Positions 49,960 to 62,660 are shown, counted from the first letter of the whole stretch. The stretch is 63,509 nt of DNA, filler included, from Chiloscyllium plagiosum (GCF_004010195.1; 4 parts of one record of this genome joined end to end with filler, not necessarily neighbours in it), one strand, 5' to 3'. The notes: generated from the sequence alone by a model not told the origin. Numbers and translations: made by a program.

Positions 49960-52790
49960 TAACCAACAATCTGACATAGTTACATTCCCCAACTCATTAC
50001 TTAGAATGTCCCTGAGACAATCGTTCCTAACCCTGAGCATCTCCCATCAGCAGGATGGGACTCATCAGAGGGGCTGGCACAGTGATACACTATCAGGAGG
50101 GAGTAACCATGTCTCTGGATCCTGTGAAATCTCATGCCATGAGGTCAAACATAGGAATGGGAACTTCCTGCTGATTATCACCCGCAACCCGTTGGCTGAT
50201 GAACTAGTACTGCACCATGTTGAATGCCATAGAAGCAACTCTAAGGGGCACAAGGACAGTCTTCAGCCAATGTGATTATATCAAGAAACAACTGAAGGCA
50301 CTGGATACTGCGAAGACTGTGGGCATCCCGGTAGTGGCACGGAACAGTTGTGCTCCAGCGTTAGCTGTGCCCCTAGCCAAGCTGTTCTAGTACAGCTACA
50401 ACACTGGCATTTACCTGGCATAGAGTAAAATTGTCCTGGTATACCATGTCCACCAAAAAGCAGGACCAATCCAAACCAGCCAATTACTGCCCCAAGTATA
50501 CTCTGATCACCTACACAGTGATGGAAGGGGTGGTCCACACTGCTATCAAGTGGCAGTTAACCCGCTGACTCATCGTCACGTGGCTCCCACTGCAATTACA
50601 GCCTTGACAGAAACATGGACAAAAGGGCTGACCGGGGTGAGGGTGAGTGACAGTGACATCAAAGCAACATTTGATCAGGTGCGGCATCGAAGAGCTCAGG
50701 CAAAACTGGGGGCCAGGGTATCGGGGGAGAGCTGGTCAGTCATACCTGACACATAGGAAGATGCTAGTAGCTGTCAGATCTCCAGGACACCTCTGCAGGA
50801 ATTCCTCAGGGTACTGTACTAGGCCCAACTATCTTCAGCTGCTTCATTAATGATCCTCCCTCCATCATAAAGTCAGAAATGGAAGTACTTGCTGCTGCAA
50901 TATTAAGTATTCAAATCCTCAGATTCTGGAGCACTCCAGGCCTGTACTGGAGCACTCCGGGCCCACACTGGAGCACTCCGGGCTTGTACTGGAGCATTCT
51001 GGGCCCGTACTGGAGCACTCCGGGCTTGTACTGGAGCACTCTGGGCCCGTACTGGAGCACTCCGGGCCTGAACTGGAGCACTCCGGGCCTGTACTGGAGC
51101 ACTCCGGGCCCGTACTGGAGCACTCCGGGCTTGTACTGGAGCCCTCTGGGCCCGTACTGGAGCACTCCGGGCCCACACTGGAGCACTCCGGGCTTGTACT
51201 AGAGCACTCTGGGCCTGTACTGGAGCACTCCGGGCCTGTACTGGACCACTCCGGGCCCGTACTGGAGCACTCCGGGCCCGTACTGGAGCACTCCGGGCTT
51301 GTACTGGAGCACTCCGGGCTTGTACTGGAGCACTCCGGGCCCACACTGGAGCACTCCGGGCCTGTACTGGAGCACTCCGGGCCCGTACTGGAGCACTCCA
51401 GCTTGTACTGGAGCACTCTGGGCTGTACTGGAGCACTCCGGGCCCACACTGGAGCACTCTGGGCTTGTACTGGAGCACTCCGGGCTTGTAGTGGAGCACT
51501 CCGGGTTTGTACTGGAGCACTCCGGGTTTGTACTGGAGCACTCCGGGCTTGTAGTGGAGCACTCCGGGTTTGTACTGGAGCACTCCGGGTTTGTACTGGA
51601 GCACTCCGGGCTTGTAGTGGAGCACTCCGGGTTTGTACTGGAGCACTCCGGATTTGTACTGGAGCACTCCGGGTTTGTACTGGAGCACTCTGGGCCCGTA
51701 CTGGAGCACTCCGGGCCCACACTGGAGCACTCTGGGCCTGTACTGGAGCACTCCGGGTTTGTACTGGAGCACTCTGGGCCCGTACTGGAGCACTCCGGGC
51801 CCACACTGGAGCACTCCGGGCCCACACTGGAGCACTCCGGGCCCGTACTGGAGCACTCCGGGCTTGTACTGGAGCACTCTGGGCCCACACTGGAGCACTC
51901 CGGGCCTGTACTGGAGCACTCTGGGCCTGTACTGGAGCACTCCGGGCCCACACTGGAGCACTCTGGGCTTGTACTGGAGCACTCCGGGCTTGTACTGGAG
52001 CACTCCGGGTTTGTACTGGAGCACTCTGGGCCCGTACTGGAGCACTCCGGGCCCACACTGGAGCACTCTGGGCCTGTACTGGAGCACTCCGGGCTTGTAC
52101 TGGAGCACTCCGGGCTTGTACTGGAGCACTCCGGGCCCGTACTGGAGCACTCTGGGCCTGTACTGGAGCACTCCGGGCTTGTACTGGAGCACTCCGGGCT
52201 TGTACTGGAGCACTCTGGGCCCGTACTGGAGCACTCCGGGCCCACACTGGAGCACTCCGGGCCCACACTGGAGCACTCCGGGCTTGTACTGGAGCACTCT
52301 GGGCCCGTACTGGAGCACTCCGGGCCCACACTGGAGCACTCTGGGCCTGTACTGGAGCACTCCGGGCTTGTACTGGAGCACTCCGGGCCTGTACTGGAGC
52401 ACTCTGGGCCTGTACTGGAGCACTCCGGGCTTGTACTGGAGCACTCTGGGCCCGTACTGGAGCACTCCGGGCCCACACTGGAGCACTCCGAGCTTGTACT
52501 GGAGCACTCCGGGCCTGTACTGGAGCACTCCGGGCCTGTACTGGAGCAGAAAAAATGGGTTTGGTAAATAGGCCGTAACATTCATCCAACTTGTGCTAGA
52601 AAACGAGAATTTCCAAACAAAAAGAGAATCTAACCAAGTAAGAAACTCGGAAATCTGCTGTGATCAACTCACTGCCTGGCGTCCTGCAGCCTGTCCTCCA
52701 TCTACAAGACACAGGTCAAGGAGTGCAATGGATTATTCTATCCGAATGCAGTTCCAACAATATTTAAGAAGGTTGACATCATCTAGGTCA
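49960..52790 (+). mobile_element. Old CR1/L2-like LINE fragment hosting the minisatellite
   Basis: DIKATFDQV, PQG.VLGPTIFSCFIND remnants; homologous to 60880-62660. Confidence 0.65.
50926..52548. repeat. 21-bp minisatellite (~77 units, consensus TACTGGAGCACTCCGGGCYYG)
   Basis: Direct tandem periodicity; produces the repetitive ORFs in all six frames. Confidence 0.97.
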
Positions 52791-52849
52791 TTTGGTGAAA
52801 GCTAATCTTTCAACTTACATATTTACTCCTTCCAACACTGACACACAGG

Positions 52850-53052
52850 AATTAAAAACCGGAAGAACTGCGGACGCTGTAAATCGGAAACAAAAACAGA
52901 AGTTGCTGGAAAAACTCAGCAGGTCTGGCAGCATCTGTGAAGAGAAATTGGAGTTAATGTTTTGGGTCCGGTGACCCTTCCTCAGAACCGGACCTGAAAT
53001 GTTAACTCTGATTTCTCTCCACACATGCTGATGGACCTGCTGAGGTTTTTGT
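52850..53052. mobile_element. Penelope-like inverted terminal-repeat insertion
   Basis: Imperfect inverted arms; TSD CACTGACACACAGGA. Confidence 0.65.
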
Positions 53053-53578
53053 CACTGACACACAGGAGCTGAGTGAGCTTGGTGGATCACAAATGGAGCA
53101 TCATTGAATGGTTATTGCTGTATGTGTTACGCTTGACACTGTTATCGATTCCCTCACTAGCTGCTAGATCCATCGGTAATTTTAAAGCTGTCACTGAACA
53201 CCACAATGACCTGAAGCTCCGGTTGTGGTAGAGCCCCACCTCTGTTAGTTCCACCATCAGACAAAGAAATCGAATATAAGGAAGTGTCGATAAGCTGAAC
53301 TGCTGGTCTCCTAGGTTAGCCAAGCCATGCAGGCTTGTTCTGTGACTGGGCTAACAGTCAGAGTGGAACCAGGTCACAATAGAGAGTGGAAGTCTAAAAA
53401 GCCGTGTTGCTTTGGGAATGGCAATACATTTTCCAGATATTGTGAGGATAACAGAGCCACCTGGAAACCCAGGCATGGATCAGCAAAGTGGATAAAATGT
53501 ATCAAAGGAAGGAAAGGAAGATTCTGGCTTTGATGGTCCTGAATTGTTTAATGAATGCTCCGCACCACCCCCACTTCT

Positions 53579-53634
53579 CTAGTTGAAACTGCGAAAGCCT
53601 GAGAGTTTTGAGTTTCGGTTTTGAATTCCTCTAA
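53579..53634 (-). CDS. Candidate terminal coding exon of an unidentified minus-strand gene
   Basis: CCTTGTTTTTGTTCTGCAG| acceptor; (I)RGIQNRNSKLSGFRSFN*; followed by repeat-poor unique sequence. Confidence 0.45.
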
Positions 53635-53680
53635 CTGCAGAACAAAAACAAGGAAAACATGTTTGACTGCATTGATGACA

Positions 53681-53993
53681 TTAGATTAGATTACTTACAG
53701 TGTGGAAACAGGCCCTTTGGCCCAACAAGTCCACACTAACCTGCCAAAGCACAACCCACCCATACCCCTACATTTACCCCTTACCTAACACTACAGGCAA
53801 TTTAGCATGGCCAATTCACCTGACCTGCACATCGTTGGACTGTGGGAGGAAACCGGAGCACCCGGAGGAAACCCACGCAGACACGGGGAGAACGTGCAAA
53901 CTCCACACAGTCAGTCGCCTGAGGCAGGAATTGAACCCAGGTCTCATGGCGCTGTGAGGCAGCAGTGCTAACCACTGTGCCACCGTGCCGCCC
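53681..53993 (-). mobile_element. tRNA-derived SINE, young copy
   Basis: Near-identical to 28481-28802. Confidence 0.9.
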
Positions 53994-55801
53994 ACATATC
54001 GAAAAACATCTTACTAAGCTGCAAAAGGTCAGAGTTTTTCCAGAGCTAACTCCCAATGTTCCTCAGTGTACTTCTCTGTTCAAAGTCAGGGCATGGAAAG
54101 GTGTGAACAAACTGAAAAATAAAGACTTTTTTTAAACGTAATCAATCACTGTGTTTACATCTTTTTGACACAGAGCACAGTTTTAGGTCAATCAGGTTAC
54201 ACGGGCTTCCTTCAATATCTTCAGGCCCTACTTAGCACAAAGTGGCGGTGGGGGGGGGGGCTCCGGGGAGTCCTTGCAATTTGTCTTTTCACAATTTCAG
54301 GATTTGGGGTTAAGGGTACAGAACAACCCCATGGTCTCTGCATATGAAAGATCACACTAAGTGGCCTAAGCCTGTTCATGAAAATCATTTATCTTCATGT
54401 AGACATTGGGCTAGCAACTGTGGAATCACAGACTATGTAAACTCAGTGGCATGGTGGCTCAGTGGTTAGCACTGCTGTCTTACAGGGTCAGGGACCTGGG
54501 TTTGACTCCACTTTCGGGCGACTGTTGATGGGGAGTTTGCATATTTTCCCACAGTCCTAATATATGCAGGTTAGGTGGATTGGCCATGGGAAATGAGTTG
54601 GTGTGGACTTGGGTTGGTGTGGACTTGACGGGCTGAATGGTCTGCTCCCACACTGTAGAGTTTCTATGATTCAGCCTGGCCTTGCCCAGCCAAGAGCAGG
54701 CCATTAATGTGTATTCTGTCCTAATCTGATATACACATACTTTCCAGCAAGGGAGATCTGACAGAATAAGATTAGATCAATTGGCTCATCAAGCTTTCTT
54801 CAATAAGATTGTGACTGATCTAATTGAAGTCAACTTTTCTTAACCATTTCTCATATTCCCTCAACTCCCTTGTCGATCAATAACTCAGCCTCAATATATT
54901 CAATGAACCAATTCATTTTTGTTGCACAGATTAGAGCTTCATTCAAATGCTTCTGCGATTGCGAAGTGCATATGAATTCTTTGAGTATGAAAACAAAAAC
55001 TGGAATAAGATTTATTTATTCAGAAGTCTTAATTAATTGTCCATTTCCATCTATAACTGACCATTTTGTCACCTATGTTTGAATTACCTGTTATGCACCA
55101 ACCTTTCCATCTTCATGCATGTGTGAACTGGACTTGCTGTATTTTCAAAACCCCGACCATCGAGCCTATTTGCCTCACTATATTTTTGCTGCAACCATTT
55201 TGAACAATTGTATACTCATTTCAATGACCTAGCTCCCAATAAAACTCTTATACCCCCTCACTCTGGCTATTCCCCTTAGCATGGCCATAACTTTACACTC
55301 TTAGTGGGTGCAAGGACTGAATTTTACATTCAGTTTGAATGAGAGAGGAGTACATCCAGGACTATTTTTTGAACTTAAATAAAGGAAAGTCTGAGGGCAT
55401 GAAAGCTGACCTGGACAAAATGAACCAGCAACTAGGTTAAAGGATAGGTATTAGAGATGCAGTGGTTGATATTTAAGGGAACATCTCAGCATATGCAGAA
55501 TACACACATTTCAACAAGCCAGAAAAATTCCAATGGATCATCTCTGGTTGACTAAAAAGATTAAAGCTTGTATCAAACTTAAAGAAAAGGTATATACAAA
55601 GACAATAGTGTTGATGCTGGTAGTTAATCTTGAAATTCTTAGCTTTGCAAGTTAGGGTCAGCATTAGGGTTAGGAAATTCTTTTGTTCTGATTTCTTTTC
55701 AGAATATTGGCGGTATGTAAAAAACTGGAAACAATGGCCAAAAAATTAATAAAGAGGAGAAATTAGAGTATGGCAGAAAGCTAGCCAGAAGTATGAAAAC
55801 A

Positions 55802-56100
55802 GGGGTGGCACAGTGGTCAGCACTGCTGCCTCACAGCACCAGGGACCTGGGTCCAATTCCACCCTCAAGCAACTGTGTGGAATTTGCATTTTGTTTGTGT
55901 GTCTGAAAAGATTTCTATTCACAGGTCAAAAATGTGCAGGTTAAGTGGATTGGCTGTGCTAAATTGCCTGTAGTGGCTAGGGGTGTGCAGGCTGGATGGA
56001 TTAGCCATGGGAAATACAGGGATGGGATAGGTCTGGGTGGGATGCTCTTTGGAGGGTTGGTGTGGATTTGATGGGTTGAATGGCCTGCTTCCATTCCATG
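55802..56100 (+). mobile_element. tRNA-derived SINE (degraded)
   Basis: A box and body. Confidence 0.7.
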
Positions 56101-56199
56101 GTGAGGATATGATTTGGAGATGCCGGTGTTGGACTGGGGTGTACAAAGTTAAAAATCACACAACACCAGGTTATAGTCCAACAGGTTTAATTGGAAGCA

Positions 56200-56234
56200 C
56201 ACTAGCTTTCGGAGCGACGCTCCTTCATCAGGTG
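56200..56234 (-). ncRNA. Minimal type I hammerhead ribozyme motif in a Penelope pLTR (56116-56234)
   Basis: Minus strand CAC-CTGATGA-A-GGAGC-GTC-GCTCC-GAAA-GC-TA-GTG: intact core, stem I, stem II and palindromic AGCT loop III. Confidence 0.75.
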
Positions 56235-57314
56235 ATAGTGAGGATAGTAAGAGTTTATATACATATAGAAAAGTTAACAAAATGAGCATTGGTCCAAAAA
56301 AGTGTAAGCTTGGAGGACTTATAATAGAAAATATACAGTAGAGTTATGAAGCATCCATCTGCACTATAGAGGGACACACATAACACGCCAGAAGCAGCAA
56401 TGAATCAAGAAACAGAGGGAGGGAGGAGTTCAGGAAAAGTACAATTACCAGGGAAGTAGTACTGAGTAAATAGTTGAAGATGTGGATTGCTAAGTACCTG
56501 GGTCCTGACAGACTTCATCCTTGGGTTTGAAAACAAGTGCCAAGTGAGGTATCTGATGTATTAATTTTTCAAAACTCCCGAGATTTGGGGAGGGTGGGGG
56601 GTCCATTAGATTGGAAGACAGTAAATGTCTTTTAAAAGGGAAACAGAAACCAGGAAACTACAGGCCTGTGGGCTTAACAACTGTCATATAGAAGCTAGAG
56701 AACATGGTGAAATAAATAGCGACATCTAGAAAAATGCCCACATTACAGAGGAGGTGGTGTTGGACATCTTAAAACACTGTGGGTAATTTAGCATGGCTAA
56801 TCCACCTAACCTACAGATCCCTGGACACTACGGGTCATTTAGCATGGCTAATCCACCTAACCTACACATCTTTGGATTATGGGAGAAAACTGGAGCACAT
56901 GGAGGAAAACCACGCAGACACAGGGAAATCCAAAAAAAGTCATGCTCCAAACCTTTTATTATGTTGAAGTCACTTTGCTGAATGATCCGACAGGCTGACC
57001 CAACAGGCTACTGACAAAATTGACTCAATGTGTCATCCTATAGTACCTTCACATCCCCCTGTCCCACCTCACCCCACCCACAGTCCCAGGCATGACACCC
57101 CCAGGAGAGGCAAAGGCAAGCTGCTGGCACAGCAGGATGGTGCAAAACCAGGGGGAAAGAAAAGGGCAGCTTTCTCTGACAGGTGGGGCACATCCTCTGT
57201 CTCTCCAACCACCCCCCAACTACTCCTCTTGGGTGTGAGAGGAGATCCCATTGGGCCGACCCTGTTGACAACACTGAAGCATTGCTGTCTCCCACAAACC
57301 AAAGCATTGTTCTA

Positions 57315-57760
57315 GCCCTGTCCCTGGACTCAGAGACCTCTCCAATCCCCAAGGACCTCCCCCTGACCCTGGACTCAGAGACACCCCCTTGTCCTTGGAC
57401 TCAGAGACCTACCCCTGGCCCTGGACTCAGAGACCTCCCCTGGCCCCATCCCCAAGGACCTCCCCCTGTCCATGGACTCAGAGACCTCCCCTGGCCCCAT
57501 CCCCAAGGACCTCCCCCTGTCCTTGGACAGAGACCTCCCCTGGCCCCATCCCCAAGGACCTCCCCCTGTCCCTGGACTCAGAGACCTACCTCTGGCCCTG
57601 GACTCAGAGACCTCCCCTGGCCCCATCCCCAAGGACCTCCCCCTGTCCTTGGACTCAGAGACCTCCCCAAAGACCTCCCCCAGGGCCTATCTCCAGGGAC
57701 CTCCCCCTGTCCCTGGACTCAGGGAGCTTCCTAGAGACCTCCCCCTGGTCCTGTCCCCAG
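57315..57760. repeat. C-rich compound minisatellite (~26/53-bp units)
   Basis: Repeated GGACTCAGAGACCTCCCCTGGCCCCATCCCCAAGGACCTCCCCCTGTCC. Confidence 0.9.
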
Positions 57761-58439
57761 GAGAATGCTAGCCCTTGCTGAGCCAGTGTGGAGAGACAGT
57801 GGGCTGAGGAAAGTTAAAGAAACTCCAGGGAAAACGCCATTTGATTGGCACCAGCGCGGGATCCACAGAGTGAATCTTTAAAAACCCCGAAGCCGGATTT
57901 GGTGGGAGTCAGAATGCCACCAGCCCCTTAGTCACTGCGTTATCCCCGAAATGAGCCCAGTCCCTGGTGTTTCGGATCAGTTTCACCCTTTCTAGCTGAA
58001 GGTATGGGCTGACGTTGGGTGGGCCTATTGGGACAATACAAACTCACAGAGGATGGTAGTGTGACCACCCAACTGCAGGGAGGAGGGGAGACAGCCCCCT
58101 TCAGCCAGTGATTCAGGAACTCAGGGTCCAGTCGAGTCCTACCTTGCATTACCGAGTAGCGCGTTAAGGCAGCGTTGGTCCGGTCTGTGTTGACAAAAGC
58201 AGGAAGGAGGAATATCCCGAGGCAATCCAGGAAGGTGCCTCAGCCTGTCCTATGCAAATCTGCTGCTCACAAAATCCCCAGCGAGCAAAGCTCACCCATA
58301 CCGAGAAGTACGGCAGCTGAAATCCCACTATAATGTACCTTGCGTTTCCTCATTCTGGGCTGAACAGGGAACACTGACTACTGCTGTGGACAGGTCAGAA
58401 ACACTCCAATACACTGACTGCCACAACTGGCAAACTTAC

Positions 58440-58467
58440 TGAGAGCAACTGAGAATTGGCATGGAAC
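58440..58467 (-). CDS. Candidate 28-nt micro-exon of the minus-strand gene
   Basis: TTTTGGTTCACAG| acceptor, CA|GTAAGT donor; VPCQFSVAL plus 1 nt. Confidence 0.45.
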
Positions 58468-58490
58468 CTGTGAACCAAAATACGATCCTT

Positions 58491-58647
58491 CACACACACT
58501 CACTCACACACACACCCACACCCACTCACTCACACACACACACACACCCACTCACACACACACTCACTCCCACACACACACACACAATCACACACACACA
58601 CCCACTCTCACACACACTCACTCACACACACTCACTCACACACACAC
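58491..58647. repeat. (CA)n/(CACT)n microsatellite
   Basis: Direct. Confidence 0.97.
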
Positions 58648-58747
58648 NNNNNNNNNNNNNNNNNNNNNNNNNNNNNNNNNNNNNNNNNNNNTTAATTAAT
58701 TAANNNNNNNNNNNNNNNNNNNNNNNNNNNNNNNNNNNNNNNNNNNN
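58648..58747. other. Assembly gap with TTAATTAATTAA linker
   Basis: N-linker-N. Confidence 0.95.
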
Positions 58748-59675
58748 ATCTTTAGACTGTGGGAGGAAACCAGAGCACCTGGAGAAAACCCACGCAGATA
58801 CTCCACACAGACAATTGCCCGAGGTGGGATTTGAACCCAGGTCTCTGGCGCTGTGAGGCAGCAGTGCTAACCACTTTGCCACCATGCCACCCAATGGAAA
58901 ATGTAAACATGCAGTAACAATAGAGCTGAGGTTAAAATCAGACAGACATGGTCTTATTGAATGGTGGGGCAGACTTAAAAGGCTGAGTGGCCTATTCGTG
59001 TTCGAGCCAGTAATTGTAAATGTTGATCAAGACAGTCACAGACTCAGAGGAGCAGATAGCTTGGGACAATTAACAAGCACGTGGCAGATGAAATTTAATC
59101 GAGAAACGTAACAAGTGATGCAACTGAAAATGGCAAAGGATAGCTTGCTGATATTAAGGAGTTCCAGAGCAAAAATCAAAGTGAGATTGCATGAGGGTTC
59201 AAGTATAGCAATATAACATTTGTGAGCAAGTTGCAGTTTTGCCCTTATTTTGGGTCCTGAAAATCCAGGTTCAAGTCCTACCTCAGGTGGTGATGGTCAA
59301 GCGTTTTTGTTTTGGGGGGGGGGGGGGGTCTCATAACACATTCAAACATGTTTATTTGAAAATAAAAGTTACATTTGTGGGCATCCTTGAATTTCGTAAC
59401 TCTCAAGATTTCCAAAAGCAGGAGATTACAGAAACCTTGACTGTCATCCCAGGATCAAAAATCTGGGATAAGATCTTGTTAACTCAGGGCTTTGCCCCAA
59501 CTGGACTTGCTTGGGGCAGGGGTGCATTGGATCTTCTGCCCATCTGCTAAAACACATGTTTGGGAAAATTCTCTGATTTCAAAAGGAATTACACTCATAA
59601 TGTCCTTTGTAAACCTCAGCAGAACACATGCCTTAGGAATTTTGAAGCTGTGAATATCCCGTATGATCATCTTAC

Positions 59676-59702
59676 TGGTGAAATCATATTCCTTAATACT
59701 TC
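59676..59702 (-). CDS. Candidate 27-nt micro-exon of the minus-strand gene
   Basis: CTTTCTTGTTTAAG| acceptor, CA|GTAAGA donor; EVLRNMISP in phase 0. Confidence 0.4.
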
Positions 59703-60521
59703 CTTAAACAAGAAAGTTTCCTGAGATTTATGGCTGCAGTGTAAACTGTCTTGATACAATGACAGATTAATTCTGCTAGATTTACCTCAGTTTCTACTTA
59801 AATAAACAAAACAAATGAATTTCAGATATTCAAGGTAATGAAACACATTACGTATATGTAACAAATTTCTTTTGATTCCTATAAACTAAAGAGACCATCA
59901 CAGTGTTTTATGATTATCTGGGGGAAAACAAAACTGGTACTCTACTGAATATTTATTAATTTGCTTGCTGCTTTGTCAGATATACAAAATAAACTTTAAT
60001 ATGAATTCACATTTATTTTGGTACACAATTTACAGTTGTACAAATAACACTTTTGTGCAAAATCTTCTAGCTTTTAGCCAAAGAAAACAGAAGAGCAAAT
60101 AAATTCTAGAATGAAACATTTATGATAGCGAAGAGAGATTAACTTTTGCATAGAAAATTGTTGTGCTTACTCTAGTGAAACAAAGTCATTTTTATATTTG
60201 TGACTCCAGGGAAGTACAACAAAGAAGAATGTAGCTAACAATCAGCAAAGGAAATCTGACTAGTTTTAGAATTGATGGTGAAATTTATGGTGAAATTCTG
60301 ATGATTCAAATTTAGATAACTCAAAATCCTGGTTGAAAGCTGTTCCAGCCATTCCTGCCAGCAGAATAACAAACCCATTATAATGAAGGCTATGATAAAT
60401 CCAAGTTCCAGACTGATAACTTCAGATTAGCTGAACTCATACAAGTTTGTCATATGACTGTGCCAAACAGAGCACAGTTAAGTCAATTAGAATGCAAATA
60501 CATGGAGCTCTGGGCAAGCCA

Positions 60522-60581
60522 TTATTTTCCATCAAGATATCCCAATGAAACAGCATTCAAACTCTCCATATATGGGTAAAC
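60522..60581 (-). CDS. Candidate alternative terminal exon of the minus-strand gene
   Basis: TTTTTCACAG| acceptor; VYPYMESLNAVSLGYLDGK*; AT-rich UTR with minus-strand AATAAA near 60012-60017 and 59952-59957. Confidence 0.5.
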   Translation of the reverse strand, partial: VYPYMESLNAVSLGYLDGK

Positions 60582-60879
60582 CTGTGAAAAATTTAAATCT
60601 GTTGTTGATTGGAGAGGAACTGAAGGTAATACAACAAATGAAAACTGAAGAGCAAAACAAAAAATATATCAGAGCTGACAAAGAGGCTGTGCTGCGAGAA
60701 GTTCACCTGCAGCAAAAGATGACTGAGAAGATTCAACACTATCATCTGCAGAATAATTGGTGAAGGTGCTATAGCTTTGGCTAAAATGAGAGATTATTAG
60801 CTACAAACCGATTTCACTGACACCACCAACATCAAGAGACATTTTTAACATGGACAAATGGGACTATTTCTTCGGGTTT

Positions 60880-62660
60880 TTTTTATTCATTCACAGGAGA
60901 GAACATAGCTGGCTGGGCCAGAATTTATTGACAATCCACTGACCTTGGAAAGATCATGGCGAGCTGGCACCTTGACCACTTGGTGTAAGTTTATCCACAA
61001 TGTCATTAGGGAGGGAACACCAGGACTCCGAGCCAGCATCACTGAAGGGACATGACATGTTTTCAAGTGTGAATTGTGAGTTGCATGGAGTGAAATTTGC
61101 AGATGATGGCATTCCCATTTATCTGCTACCCTTATCCTTCTTGATGGTAAATGGTCATCAATTTGGAAGGTGCTGTCCAAGAAGACTGGGTGAATTTCTA
61201 CAGCGCACCTTGTAGATAGTATATATTATTATTGAACGTTGTGGTAGAGGAAATTAATGCTTGTGGATGTAATGTTAATCAAATGTGCTGCTTTGGCTGG
61301 ATAGTGTCAAGCTTTTGAGTATTGTTGAAGCTGCACTCATCCAGCCAAGTGGGAAGTATTCTGACATTTGACTTTTGCCTGGTAGATAGTGGGAGTCAGG
61401 TGGTAAGTTACTTGCTGCACGATTCCTAGCCTTTGACCTGCTCTTGTAACTGCAGTACTTGCAAGACTAGTCCAGTTGAGTTTCTGGTTAATGGTGATGA
61501 TAGTAATACAATTGAACATTGAGGTGCACTGGTAATATGCTCTTTTATTGAAGATGGTCATTGCCTGGCATTCTTGCAGTGTCAATGTTGCTTGCCAGTT
61601 GCTAGCCCAAGTCTGGATATTATCCAGATCTTGCCACATTTGGGCTTGGACTGCTTCAGTATCTGAGAAGTCCCAAATGGTGCTGAATATTATGCAGTTA
61701 TTAGCAAACATCCTCATTTATGACCTTACAATGCAGGGAAGCTCAAGGATGAAGCAGCTGGAGATGTTTCGGACAAGGTCACTACTGAGAGGAACAGGTG
61801 CAGAGACATACCGGAGATGACCTCCATCCATGACAATCATCTTTCTTTTTGCAGATATGACTAACCAGTGGAGGGTTATCCACATTTCCACTGCTAGAGT
61901 TCCACCAGTTTTGCTAGAGTTCCTTGATGCCACACTTGGTCAAAGGCAGGCTTGATATCAAGGACAATCACAGTCACTCTCATCTCACTTCCAGAATTAA
62001 TTCCTTTGTCCATGTCTGGACCCAGGCTGTAATAAGGTCAGGTGCTGAGTGGCCTTGGTGGAACCCAAATTGAGTATCAGAATGAGCAGGTTATTGCTAA
62101 GTAAGTACTGCTTGATAGCAGAGTTGATGACATCTTCCCTTACTTTACCAATGATTATGAATAGATTGATAGAGTGGTAACTGGCTGGTTGGATTTGTCC
62201 TGCTTTTTCTATACTGGACAGGACTGGGCAATTTTCTACATGATCAATGTTGTAATGGTACTGGAATAGCTTGGCTAGGGGCGCATTAAGTTCTGGAGGA
62301 CAAGTCTTCAATACTATTGCCAGAATAGTAAACAGTGACTGCAAACATTTCTTGATGTTACACAGAGTGAGCTGAATTGGCTGAAGTTTGGCATCTGTGA
62401 TACTAGAGACTTCTGGAGGCTAAAATGGATAATCTACTCCACATTTATGGTTAAAGATGGTTGCAAAAGCTTCAGTCTTATCCTTTGCACCGATACATTG
62501 GGCTTATCCATTATTGAGGATGGGGATGTTTGTGGAGCCACCTCCACCAGCGGGTTGTTTAGTTGTATTCCACCATTAATGACGAGAACTGGCAGGACTA
62601 TAGAACTTAGATCTGATCCACTGTTAATGGAATTACTTAACTCTATTGCTTGCTGCTTAT
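60880..62660 (-). mobile_element. Old CR1/L2-like LINE ORF2 and 3' end
   Basis: VLKTCPPELNAPLAKLFQ, RMFANNCIIF, QDLDNIQTWASNWQ. Confidence 0.75.

Noticed and set aside
50926..52548. CRISPR-like array (short partly palindromic repeat)
   Set aside because: No unique spacers, no cas genes, eukaryotic context.
50879..52589. Long ORFs (up to 560 aa) in all six frames
   Set aside because: Artefact of a nearly stop-free 21-bp tandem repeat; frames shift mid-array and there is no unique coding flank.
57183..57781. Proline-rich ORFs
   Set aside because: Translation of the C-rich minisatellite.
57846..57862. PBS-like TGGCACCAGCGCGGGAT
   Set aside because: No preceding LTR end (CA) or partner repeat.
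59479..59670. 63-aa minus-strand ORF as a terminal exon
   Set aside because: No recognisable motif; a strong GTAAG donor just upstream favours a 27-nt micro-exon instead.
60545..60763. 72-aa plus-strand charged ORF
   Set aside because: No splice support or motif; overlaps the better-supported minus-strand exon.
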